A stretch of 64,000 nt of DNA from Rhizobium sp. Q54 (GCA_945871425.1 CAMBVS010000008.1:18325-82324); one strand, 5' to 3'; shown: positions 9,815 to 18,088, counted from the stretch's first letter. Notes: a model not told the origin generated them from the sequence alone. Translations and numbers: made by a program.

Positions 9815-9942
9815 GAGACTACGGATAAACCGCAGGCATCCCCATCAACCGAAAGTATGAGGAGCATCGAAAATTCGGGAGGGTCGGAGGCGGCGCCGGC
9901 GGGCGAGCTCCGGGAGCGTCCGGACCGCCGAACCGAGGCCGG
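9815..9942 (-). promoter_or_regulatory. Conserved leader element, copy 3 (core plus 5' extension)
   Basis: It starts 6 nt after the btuB-like stop codon. Its 3' end is about 74 nt (mini-ORF TAG 78 nt) before the lipoprotein ATG. It aligns to copies 1 and 2. Confidence 0.75.
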
Positions 9943-9947
9943 CCGCC

Positions 9948-11873
9948 TCAGCGGTCGGCGTCGATGCTGACCCGAATACCGACGAAGGCCCCGACGCCCG
10001 GCCGCTGGAACCCCGTCGGGTCCTCGTAGCGCCGGTCCAGCAGGTTCTCGATCCGCGCGAACGCCGTCGCCCGGCCGGTCAGCCGATAGCTCCCGGCGAC
10101 GTTCACGACCGTGTAGCCGGGCGCGCTCAGCCGCTGGACCGAGAAGTCACGGTTGCCGTCGACCCGGGATCCGACATAGAGGGCCGAGAGCGTCAGCGCC
10201 GTGTGGTCGTCGACCTGCCAGATCGCCGCCGCGCTCGCCTTGTGCTTCGGCCGGCGGAGCAGCGCCCATCCGGTCTCGTTGTCCCGTGCCTGCGTGTAGG
10301 TGTGGTCGCCCCTCAACGTCAGCCAGGGCGTGAGAGCGAAAGCGGCGAAGGACTCGACGCCCTCGGTCGTCGCCGACGGCCGGTTCTCGAGCGATGTGAA
10401 TCCAGCGTTCGTGGTGATGAGGTCGGTGATGTCGTTGTGGAAGTAGGTGGCGCCGAAGCGGAGGCGGCCGTCGAGGAGCGATTGTTCGACCCCGGCGTCG
10501 TAGCCCTTGCTTCGTTCCGGCGTGAGCCGGGGGTTGGCGAAGAAGTTGAATGCCGGGTAACTGACGAACAGCTGCGACAGGCTGGGCGCCTTGAAGCCGG
10601 TGCCGTAGCTGGCCTTGAGGCGGGTCGCGGTTTCGCCGATCAGGAAGCTGGGTGCGATCCGCCAGGTGGTGACACCGCCGAAGCGCTCATTATCGTCACG
10701 CCTGACGCTGAGGCTGTTGAACAGCCGGCCGCCGAAGCCTGAGTCGAGCTGCAGATGGCCGGCGCCGGTCTTGTTCTCGGCCGTCGTCGTGCCGTCGTCG
10801 AGGCCGTCAGTCGCATGCTCCAGCCCGCCGGTAAGCGTCTGCCCGGCGCCGATCGCGAGCACACCCAGCCAGTCGACCTTGGCCCGGTCGCCGCTGTAGG
10901 CGGTCGTCGGCGTCAGCACAGGGTCCGGTCCGACGATCTCGCGCCGATGCTCGGAATAGGCGATGCCGGCACGCTGCTCGAAGGCGCCCTCGAAAGCGAG
11001 GTGACGCGCCTCTAGGCGGCTGACCAGAAGACGGCTCTCCGAGCGGCTCTGCGCGGCGGCCGGCGTCGCGGGAAAGGTCGAGAAGTCGTCGCCGGTGAAG
11101 CGGAGTCTGGCGTCGGCATAGCGGGCAACCAAGCCAAGGCTGAACTCGTCGCTGAGCTTCGCCTCCAGACGCGTCGAGGCGGTGAGGTTATCGGCCCGGT
11201 CGCCGATCCGCCCGCGCCCCGGCGGCAGCAGCGACGAAGGCGTCACCGGCGTATCCCCGGCATGAAGATGCGCGACATTGAAGGCATAGTCGAAGCGGTC
11301 GGCGGAACCTCTCACGCCGGCGGTCTGGTTGAAGGTCGAGAAGGATCCGCCTTCGAGGGTGGCCGTCGCTCGTGTCGGCCACGCGCCCTTGCGCGTGACG
11401 ATGTTGATGACGCCGCCGATGGCATCGGAGCCATAGAGGCCGCTCTGCGGTCCGCGCAGGACCTCGATCCGTTCGATGTCGGAGGTCAGCAGGTTGCCGA
11501 AGTCGAAGGCGCCATTGGCGTTGCTGGGATCACCGGCATCGACGCCGTCGATCATCACCTTGGTGTGGTTGGTGTTGGTGCCCCGCAGCGAGACGGTCGT
11601 CGCACCGCCTGGCCCTCCCGCCTGGACGACCGTGACGCCGGGGATGGCGCGAAGGACGTCCGGCACCGTTCGCTGCTGGCCGCGATCGATGTCGGCGGCG
11701 GTGACCACGGTGACGGTACTGCCGACCTGGTCGATCGGCATGGGACGGCGGGTCGGCGAGACGGTGATGACCAGGGGCTGGCGTTCGTCGGCGGCGGCCG
11801 CCGACGGAAGTAGCAGCGACGCAAGGAGGAACGCAGCCCGGAGGGCCGCCTGGGAATGGTCGGAGAAATGCAC
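9948..11873 (-). CDS. btuB: TonB-dependent outer-membrane receptor, probable cobalamin/corrinoid transporter
   Basis: Plug domain motifs (VTVVTAADI, IEVLRGPQSGLYGSDAIGGVINIVT) and a C-terminal beta-barrel ending in an aromatic-rich strand. A cobalamin riboswitch lies directly upstream. GTG start with a GAGGG SD. Confidence 0.85.
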   Translation of the reverse strand: MHFSDHSQAALRAAFLLASLLLPSAAAADERQPLVITVSPTRRPMPIDQVGSTVTVVTAADIDRGQQRTVPDVLRAIPGVTVVQAGGPGGATTVSLRGTNTNHTKVMIDGVDAGDPSNANGAFDFGNLLTSDIERIEVLRGPQSGLYGSDAIGGVINIVTRKGAWPTRATATLEGGSFSTFNQTAGVRGSADRFDYAFNVAHLHAGDTPVTPSSLLPPGRGRIGDRADNLTASTRLEAKLSDEFSLGLVARYADARLRFTGDDFSTFPATPAAAQSRSESRLLVSRLEARHLAFEGAFEQRAGIAYSEHRREIVGPDPVLTPTTAYSGDRAKVDWLGVLAIGAGQTLTGGLEHATDGLDDGTTTAENKTGAGHLQLDSGFGGRLFNSLSVRRDDNERFGGVTTWRIAPSFLIGETATRLKASYGTGFKAPSLSQLFVSYPAFNFFANPRLTPERSKGYDAGVEQSLLDGRLRFGATYFHNDITDLITTNAGFTSLENRPSATTEGVESFAAFALTPWLTLRGDHTYTQARDNETGWALLRRPKHKASAAAIWQVDDHTALTLSALYVGSRVDGNRDFSVQRLSAPGYTVVNVAGSYRLTGRATAFARIENLLDRRYEDPTGFQRPGVGAFVGIRVSIDADR

Positions 11874-11989
11874 GGGAGACCCTCGCGGCGATCGTGATCC
11901 GTCACCGCGAACAAAGGCTGAAGTCGTCCCTAGCGGGATCCGGCTCCGGTCTCCATCGGGGCACCCCGCCCAATGTGCTCGCGCGTGAC

Positions 11990-12160
11990 CACGGTGATGG
12001 CAGGTCTCCTGGCTTGCGGGTCCTTGCCTTGCGCCGCCTTCCCGGTTTCCCAGTGGCGTCTCGTGGCGCTCGGCTCGCCGCTCACAGTTGCGGGGGCAGC
12101 CGCGGCATCGGCCGAAGCCTTCACCGCGTTCCCATTCAATCCCCGAAGGGAACCATCGGC
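11990..12160 (-). promoter_or_regulatory. Cobalamin (AdoCbl) riboswitch
   Basis: On the minus strand the element has a P1 helix (GATGG...CCATC). It also has AATGGGAACGCGGTGAA, GCCCCCGCAACTGT, GCCACTGGGAAACCGGGAAGGC and the B12 box AAGCCAGGAGACCTGCC. Confidence 0.9.
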
Positions 12161-12208
12161 CGGGACCCTAGCGGGTGGGTCGGCGGCGCGTCAATCGACG
12201 AACCGGGA

Positions 12209-12415
12209 TCACATCAGGTTCACGACAACGATCGCCGCCAGGATCACGCCGCCGAGGCAGGCGAGGAACAGGTTCCAGGGGCCTAGATGCGATCGGGAAT
12301 TCGGCTGGAACGAGATGGCGCGGCCGAGGTCGAGGTTGGTCTGCAGGCGCCGGTTCATGTCCTCGCGCGCCCGGGCAGCCTGGGCCGCGCGCACCGGATC
12401 GTCGGGCGCGCTCAT
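12209..12415 (-). CDS. Small membrane protein (68 aa, C-terminal TM helix), hypothetical
   Basis: Its ATG overlaps the SPFH stop (ATGA). GC3 is high. The hydrophobic tail is WNLFLACLGGVILAAIVVVNLM. In the track it appears only as the tail of an off-frame 302-aa ORF. Confidence 0.55.
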   Translation of the reverse strand: MSAPDDPVRAAQAARAREDMNRRLQTNLDLGRAISFQPNSRSHLGPWNLFLACLGGVILAAIVVVNLM

Positions 12416-13305
12416 GACGTCTTGGCGCCCGCTGCCTGGACTAGCCCCAGAATACCACCGGGATTCAGGCTGTCGACCATGGCGGTCGGGATCAGGATGG
12501 TAGCGCCGCGTTCCTTGGTGGTCTCGTAGATGATGTTCATGGCGCGGAGCTGGAGCGCGGCCGGGCTCTTCGCATAGATCTCCGCCGCCTCGACGAACTT
12601 CTGGGCGACCATCCGCTCGGCGTCGCCCAGGATCACCCGCGCCTCCTTCTCGCGCTCGGCCTGGGCCTGCATGCTCATGGCGTTCTGCAGGCCGGCAGGG
12701 ATGGTCACGTCGCGGATCTCGACCGAGATCACGGCGACGCCCCATTCGCCGATCTTGCGTCCGATCTCGTCCTTGAGGCGGTCGTCGGCCTTCCTCCGAT
12801 CCGAGAGCAGGACGGTGAGCGCCGTCGAGCCGATCACCTCGCGCAGCGTCGTCTGTGAGACGCGACCGATGGCGCCCGAGTAGTCCGCGATCTCGAGGCC
12901 GGCCTTCTCGACGTCGTGCACCTGCCAGAAGACGATGGCGTCGACGTTGACCGGCACCGTGTCGCGGGTCAGCGCCTGCTCGGCGAAGAAGTCGATGGTC
13001 TGGATGCGCTGGTCGATGCGCATGGCGATCTGGTCCACGAACGGGATGATCAGGAAGTAGCCCGGCCCACGGATCGAATGCAGCCGGCCGAGTCGGAGCA
13101 GGATCGCCTTCTCCCACTGGTTGGCGATCATCAGTGAACGCGGGATCAGGAGGGCGATGATGACGAGGACCGCGGCCAGGACATACCCGGCAAACTCGCC
13201 ATGGCTGTAGGCGAGCCAGGCAGAGCCGCCGGCGAAAGCCAGCGTGATGCCGGCCAGCACCGATGCCGGCTGGTTGGCGTTCCTCGGAAACAATGGCAAT
13301 GCCAT
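12412..13305 (-). CDS. SPFH/band-7 (stomatin/slipin-like) membrane protein
   Basis: N-terminal TM region followed by an SPFH core (ANQWEKAILLRLGRLHSIRGPGYFLIIPFVD...). The start is set at ATG 13305 (MALPLF). The track ORF extends spuriously to 13518. Confidence 0.88.
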   Translation of the reverse strand: MALPLFPRNANQPASVLAGITLAFAGGSAWLAYSHGEFAGYVLAAVLVIIALLIPRSLMIANQWEKAILLRLGRLHSIRGPGYFLIIPFVDQIAMRIDQRIQTIDFFAEQALTRDTVPVNVDAIVFWQVHDVEKAGLEIADYSGAIGRVSQTTLREVIGSTALTVLLSDRRKADDRLKDEIGRKIGEWGVAVISVEIRDVTIPAGLQNAMSMQAQAEREKEARVILGDAERMVAQKFVEAAEIYAKSPAALQLRAMNIIYETTKERGATILIPTAMVDSLNPGGILGLVQAAGAKTS

Positions 13306-13306
13306 G

Positions 13307-13711
13307 TCATCCCCCCGTTTTCTTGACGATCTGGACGATGCGGCGCGCGACCTGCGCCGGCTCGACGCCGCCGGCGCGCGCCGCGGCGATGGCCCGATGC
13401 GCCAGCTCCTCGACGCGCATCTCGGTATCGTTCGGGTCGATCCTCGGCGGCGCCTCGGCGACGAAGGTGCCCTTGGCCCGGAGGATGACGATGGCGCCGC
13501 GGCGCTCGAGCTCGCCATAGGCGTGGCGGACCGTGTTGAGGTCGACCTTCAGGGCGACCGCCACCTGCCGCATCGTCGGCATCTGCTCGCCCGGCCGAAG
13601 CGTGCCCTCGCCGATCGCGCGCAGCATCTGGTCGCGGATCTGCACGTAGATCGGCACGCCGTTAGCTTCCAGCGTGAGCCTGTCGAGCGGAATCTGTACG
13701 TCTGTATGCAT
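13307..13711 (-). CDS. GntR-family transcriptional regulator (short YhcF-like type)
   Basis: Winged-helix GntR motif (PGEQMPTMRQVAVALKVDLNTVRHAYGELE). The start is set at ATG 13711, after an A/T-rich promoter-like patch. The stop lies 1 nt from the SPFH ATG. Confidence 0.85.
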   Translation of the reverse strand: MHTDVQIPLDRLTLEANGVPIYVQIRDQMLRAIGEGTLRPGEQMPTMRQVAVALKVDLNTVRHAYGELERRGAIVILRAKGTFVAEAPPRIDPNDTEMRVEELAHRAIAAARAGGVEPAQVARRIVQIVKKTGG

Positions 13712-13796
13712 CTTATATAACAAGAGCACATTAGGGCACGTTCGGCAAGCCCGCGCCGGTTGACCCGCCCGACCTCGCCTCTACACTCGCGGCCCG

Positions 13797-15116
13797 ATGA
13801 ACACCCGGATCTTCGCCCCCGAGTTCAAGGAGACGCCCTACTGGTGGGAGGCGGCCGATCCGGCAGCCTCGTCGCCGGCCGATCTGCCGCCGGTGCCGGA
13901 CAAGATCGACGTCGCCGTCGTCGGCGGTGGCTATGCCGGGCTCTCCTGCGCGCTCGAGCTCGCCCGCCGCAACATCGCCTGCGCGGTCTTCGACGCCGAG
14001 CCGATCGGCTTCGGCGCGTCGTCGCGCAATGCCGGCATGGTCTCGGGCGGCATCAATGTCGGCAAGGGCGTCGACCTGACGGCAACCTACGGCGCCGAAC
14101 GCGCCAAGGGTATGCTGGACGAAGCCAACCAGGCCTATGGCCATATGGAGCAGATCCTGGAGCGCGAGGGCATCGACGCCCGCTACCAGCGCTTCGGCCG
14201 CTTCGTCGGCGCCCACAGCCGCCAGCAGTTCGGCGCGCTCGAGCGCCGCGCCGCCTGGCTCGCCGAGACCACCGGCCAGTCGGTCGAGGTGATCCCGGAG
14301 ACGCGGCAGCGGGAGGAGATCGGCAGCGACTTCTATCGCGGCGGCATCGTCGTCAACCGTGCCGGCGGGCTGCACCCGGCGCTCCTGGTGCGCGGCCTCG
14401 CCGAGGCGGCGGAGCGCGCCGGCGCCCGCCTGATCGGACGCACCCGGATCGAGGCGATCGCTGGCGGCCCCGGCCGCTTCCTGCTGGCGACGCCGCGCGG
14501 CACGGTCGAGGCGCGCGAGGTGATGATCGCCACCAACGGCTATACTGGGGCGGTGACGCCATGGCTCCGCCGCCGGCTGATTCCCGTCGCCAGCTTCATC
14601 GTCGCGACCGAAGAGCTTCCGGAGACGCTGGTCGCCGAGCTGATCCCGAAGCGGCGGGTGATCGCCGACACCAAGCGAATCCTCTTCTACTTCCGGCTTT
14701 CTCCGGACGGACGCCGGCTGCTTTTCGGCGGCCGGGCCCGCTTCAGCCAGGTCGGCGCCAAGACCAGCGCGCCGATCCTGCACCGCTTCATGACCACCGT
14801 CTTCCCGCAGCTGGAGACGACGAAGCTGACCCACGCCTGGACCGGCAATGTCGCCTTCGCCTTCGATTTCATGCCGCATCTCGGCACCAACGAGGGCATG
14901 CACTACGCCGTCGCGTGCAACGGCTCGGGCGTCATCATGCAGACCTGGCTCGGGCATCAGGTGGCGCTGAAGATCGCCGGCGGCACCAACCGCGTCTCCT
15001 CGTTCGACGGCCTCGGCTTCCCGACCCGACCGCTCTACGGCGGGCGACCCTGGTTCCTGCCGGCGGTCGGAGCCTGGTACCGCTGGCGCGACCGGATCGA
15101 TCGCTGGCTTGACTAG
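13797..15116 (+). CDS. FAD-dependent oxidoreductase (DAO family, PuuB/OrdL-like)
   Basis: N-terminal dinucleotide-binding motif DVAVVGGGYAGLSCA; 439 aa. Confidence 0.85.
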   Translation: MNTRIFAPEFKETPYWWEAADPAASSPADLPPVPDKIDVAVVGGGYAGLSCALELARRNIACAVFDAEPIGFGASSRNAGMVSGGINVGKGVDLTATYGAERAKGMLDEANQAYGHMEQILEREGIDARYQRFGRFVGAHSRQQFGALERRAAWLAETTGQSVEVIPETRQREEIGSDFYRGGIVVNRAGGLHPALLVRGLAEAAERAGARLIGRTRIEAIAGGPGRFLLATPRGTVEAREVMIATNGYTGAVTPWLRRRLIPVASFIVATEELPETLVAELIPKRRVIADTKRILFYFRLSPDGRRLLFGGRARFSQVGAKTSAPILHRFMTTVFPQLETTKLTHAWTGNVAFAFDFMPHLGTNEGMHYAVACNGSGVIMQTWLGHQVALKIAGGTNRVSSFDGLGFPTRPLYGGRPWFLPAVGAWYRWRDRIDRWLD

Positions 15117-15181
15117 GCGTTGACCTCACCCCATCCGCTGGTATGTTGCGCGCGAGCTCGGACTACCCTTAGGGAGTCGGT

Positions 15182-15811
15182 ATGGCGCGCGCGCTACTCG
15201 CGCTGGGTCTTGTGGCGGCGCTCGCCGCCTGTACGTCGCGTCCCCCCGCTCCCCCGCCTTCAGTTACCGGCATTCCCGCGACGGACGGTTTCGTCGCCTG
15301 CCAGACGGGCCTGACCAGCTCGGGCGCGTTGTTCGAGGTGCTGGTGCCGCTGCGCACCCGCGAGGGCTGCGGCTTCGATGAAGGGATCAAGATCACCGCG
15401 ACGCCGTCGGCGCTGAACCAGCCGGCCGTTCTGGCATGCCCGACGGCGCTGGCGCTGACCCGCTTCGACCTCGACGTGGTGCAGCCGGCCGCCCAGCGTC
15501 ATTTCGGCAAGCGCGTCACCAAGATCCATCATGTCGGCGGCTATGCGTGCCGGGGCATCAACGGCAGCCGCAAAATGAGCCAGCACGGCTACGGCAGCGC
15601 CATCGACGTCATCGGCTTCGATCTCTCCGACGGCACGCGCATCCTGGTCAGCCGCGACTGGCGCGCCGCCGGCCCCCGTTCCGGCTTCCTCCACGAAGTC
15701 GCGCGATCCGCCTGCAATGTCTTCCGCGTGGTGCTGACGCCGGCCTATGACAAGTACCACCATGACCACTTCCACCTGGATCTCGGTCCCGACCGCCTCT
15801 GCGGCATCTAG
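15182..15811 (+). CDS. Extensin-like C-terminal domain lipoprotein
   Basis: Lipobox LAAC, a Pro-rich linker, and a conserved C-terminal HDHFHLDL motif. Confidence 0.8.
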   Translation: MARALLALGLVAALAACTSRPPAPPPSVTGIPATDGFVACQTGLTSSGALFEVLVPLRTREGCGFDEGIKITATPSALNQPAVLACPTALALTRFDLDVVQPAAQRHFGKRVTKIHHVGGYACRGINGSRKMSQHGYGSAIDVIGFDLSDGTRILVSRDWRAAGPRSGFLHEVARSACNVFRVVLTPAYDKYHHDHFHLDLGPDRLCGI

Positions 15812-15814
15812 GGC

Positions 15815-16492
15815 GTGACCGCGAACGACCGCCCGCGCATCGGTTGGTTCACCTGGATCGGCGTCTTCCTCGCTCTCTTCGGTCCCGTCGTCGTCGCCGG
15901 TCCGCCGGCGCTGCTGGCTGGCGACCCGGAGTCGCCGGCGGCGGTCTTCGTCGTTCTCTGTTCGATGTGGGGGCTGCTGATCGTGCTGGGCGCGATCGTC
16001 ACCGGACCCGAGCGCGCACCGCTGTCGACGATCGGCCTCCAGCCATTCCGCTGGCGTTCGGTGGGACTGGGGCTCGGCGGCGCCGTAGCTACCATCCTGA
16101 CGCTGCTGCTCGTGCTGGCTCCGTTCGGCCACGAGACCCATGCCGACATCGAGCGCGGCGTCGGCGTGCTCACCGCCTGGCCGCTCTGGCTGCAGATCAT
16201 GGCGGTCATCACCGCCGGCGTGGTCGAGGAGCTGCTCTACCGTGGCTACGCGATCACACGCCTGGAGCTCCTCCTGGGCAACCGCGTCGCCGCTGCGGGC
16301 CTCCCCCTCGCCGTCTTCACGGTCGTCCACCTGCCGTTCTGGGGCGCCGGCAGCGCGGTCGCCGTGCTTGCCGGCGGGCTCGCGCTCACGCTTCTCTTCC
16401 TCTGGAAGCGCGACCTGCTGCTGGTCGCCGTCGCGCACACCGCGATCGACGCCTTCAGCCTGTTCGTCCAGCCCGTGCTCGGGCTCGGCTGA
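15815..16492 (+). CDS. CPBP-family intramembrane glutamic endopeptidase (CAAX protease-like)
   Basis: Multi-TM protein with the EELLYRG motif and a downstream FTVVHL motif. The exact start is uncertain. Confidence 0.8.
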   Translation: MTANDRPRIGWFTWIGVFLALFGPVVVAGPPALLAGDPESPAAVFVVLCSMWGLLIVLGAIVTGPERAPLSTIGLQPFRWRSVGLGLGGAVATILTLLLVLAPFGHETHADIERGVGVLTAWPLWLQIMAVITAGVVEELLYRGYAITRLELLLGNRVAAAGLPLAVFTVVHLPFWGAGSAVAVLAGGLALTLLFLWKRDLLLVAVAHTAIDAFSLFVQPVLGLG

Positions 16493-16915
16493 TCACCCCT
16501 CGACGACCTCGATCTCCTTGGTGATCTTGGCGCCGCTGCGGGCGAACATCACCGAGGCCGAGCAGTACTTCTCGTGGCTGAGGGCGACCGCGCGCTCGAC
16601 CTTGTCGCGGGCGAGGCCCTTGCCGGTCACCGTGTATCTCACATGGACGCCGGTGAAGACCTTGGGCTCATCGGTGGCGCGCGCCGCCTCGGCATTGACC
16701 TCACAGCCGGTGACGGGTTCGCGGCCCTTCTCAAGGATGTGAACGACGTCGAAGGCGGTGCAGCCGGCCATGCCGACCAGCAGCAGTTCCATCGGCCGGA
16801 TGCCGAGATTGCGCCCGCCGGCCTCCGGCGCGCCGTCCATCACGATGCCGTGGCCGCTGCCGGATTCGCCGAGAAACGCCCGGCCCTCGATCCACCTCGC
16901 CCGCGCCTTCATCAA
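16493..16915 (-). CDS. OsmC/Ohr-family peroxiredoxin-like protein
   Basis: 140 aa with two conserved Cys contexts (GMAGCTAFD, EKYCSAS). Confidence 0.85.
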   Translation of the reverse strand: MMKARARWIEGRAFLGESGSGHGIVMDGAPEAGGRNLGIRPMELLLVGMAGCTAFDVVHILEKGREPVTGCEVNAEAARATDEPKVFTGVHVRYTVTGKGLARDKVERAVALSHEKYCSASVMFARSGAKITKEIEVVEG

Positions 16916-16953
16916 GACCTCCTTCGAAAAACCGGAGGCCTCTTTAGCACAGG

Positions 16954-18039
16954 TCAGGCAGCTTCCGCCGCCTTCGGGCCGATGTAACGGGAGAGCGGCC
17001 GGATCAGCCGCCCGTCCCTCGCCTGCTCGAGCGCATGCGCGACCCAGCCGGCGACGCGGCCGACAGCGAAGATCGCGGTGAAGGCATCCCTCGGGATCGC
17101 CAACGCCTCCAGCAGCAGCGCCGTATAGAACTCGACATTGGTATCTAGCCGGCGGCCGGGCTTGACGCGGGCGAGGATGGCGACAGCGTCGGCCTCGACC
17201 CGCTCGGCGAAGGCGAGCCGGCCGGCATCGCGCGACAAGGTCCGCACCACCTGCTTGAGTACGTCGGCGCGCGGGTCGCGCACCTTGTAGACCCGATGGC
17301 CGAAGCCCATCAGGCGCTCGCCAGAGGTCAGCCGCGCCTCCAGCCAGGGCCGAATGTTCTCGGGTCCCCCGATCCCGTCCAGCATGTCAAGAACCGGTCC
17401 CGGCGCGCCGCCATGCAGCGGACCTTCCAGCGCCGCCAGCGCCGCAACCACCGCCGGCACCAGCCCCGCCTGAGTCGAGGCGACGACGCGCGCGGTGAAT
17501 GTGGAGGCGTTGAATCCGTGGTCGCTGACGGTGGTAAGGTAGGCGTCGAGAGCAGCGACCTCGGCCGTGGCGGCGGGCATGCCCCGCAGCATCCTCAGGA
17601 GATCCGCAGCCGTCGAAAGCGACTCATCCGGCGCGACCGGCGCGAGTCCGGCCCGGGTCCGGATCAGCGCAGCCAGAAACACCGGCGCCGCACCGGCGAG
17701 GACGGCCGCCGGGTGCAGGCCCGCAATCTCCTGCAATGTTGCGAGCGCGGCACGGAGGCCGGGAACCGGATCGAGATCGGCGCCGGCCGCGATCGCCTTG
17801 GCCGAACGCCCATAGGCCGCCAGGCGCGCCCGTCCGAGCAAGCCGGCGACCCGGGTCCGGTCGAGCCCATCGGCGACGAAGCCCTCCCACAGGCGAGCGG
17901 CTACGCCTTCGAACCCGTCGCGGGCGACCAGGGTCGCCACCGGGACGCCGCGGATGACCAGCCGCCCGGCCTCTCCGTCGACGTCGCTCAACACCGTGTC
18001 CGCCGCCACCACTCCGTCGAGACCAGATGTGCCCGCCAT
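16954..18039 (-). CDS. Citrate synthase-family protein (short type)
   Basis: LHGGAPG and GFGHRVYKVRDPRA motifs. The start is set at ATG 18039 behind a strong AGGAGGG SD. The track ORF runs into the A/T-rich intergenic region up to 18120. Confidence 0.85.
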   Translation of the reverse strand: MAGTSGLDGVVAADTVLSDVDGEAGRLVIRGVPVATLVARDGFEGVAARLWEGFVADGLDRTRVAGLLGRARLAAYGRSAKAIAAGADLDPVPGLRAALATLQEIAGLHPAAVLAGAAPVFLAALIRTRAGLAPVAPDESLSTAADLLRMLRGMPAATAEVAALDAYLTTVSDHGFNASTFTARVVASTQAGLVPAVVAALAALEGPLHGGAPGPVLDMLDGIGGPENIRPWLEARLTSGERLMGFGHRVYKVRDPRADVLKQVVRTLSRDAGRLAFAERVEADAVAILARVKPGRRLDTNVEFYTALLLEALAIPRDAFTAIFAVGRVAGWVAHALEQARDGRLIRPLSRYIGPKAAEAA

Positions 18040-18088
18040 GATGCCCTCCTGACAAGTCGGGACAGGTTTGCTGCCGTACTGATTGTTG

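Noticed and set aside
9837-9848. Sigma-32-like -10 box (CCCCATCA) on the plus strand of each leader copy
   Set aside because: No acceptable CTTGAA-like -35 lies at the right spacing. A plus-strand transcript would only be antisense to the 3' end of the upstream gene.
12209-13117. 302-aa ORF overlapping the SPFH gene out of frame
   Set aside because: It is off-frame relative to the clearly recognisable SPFH protein. Only its last 68 codons, downstream of the SPFH stop, were kept as a candidate small gene.
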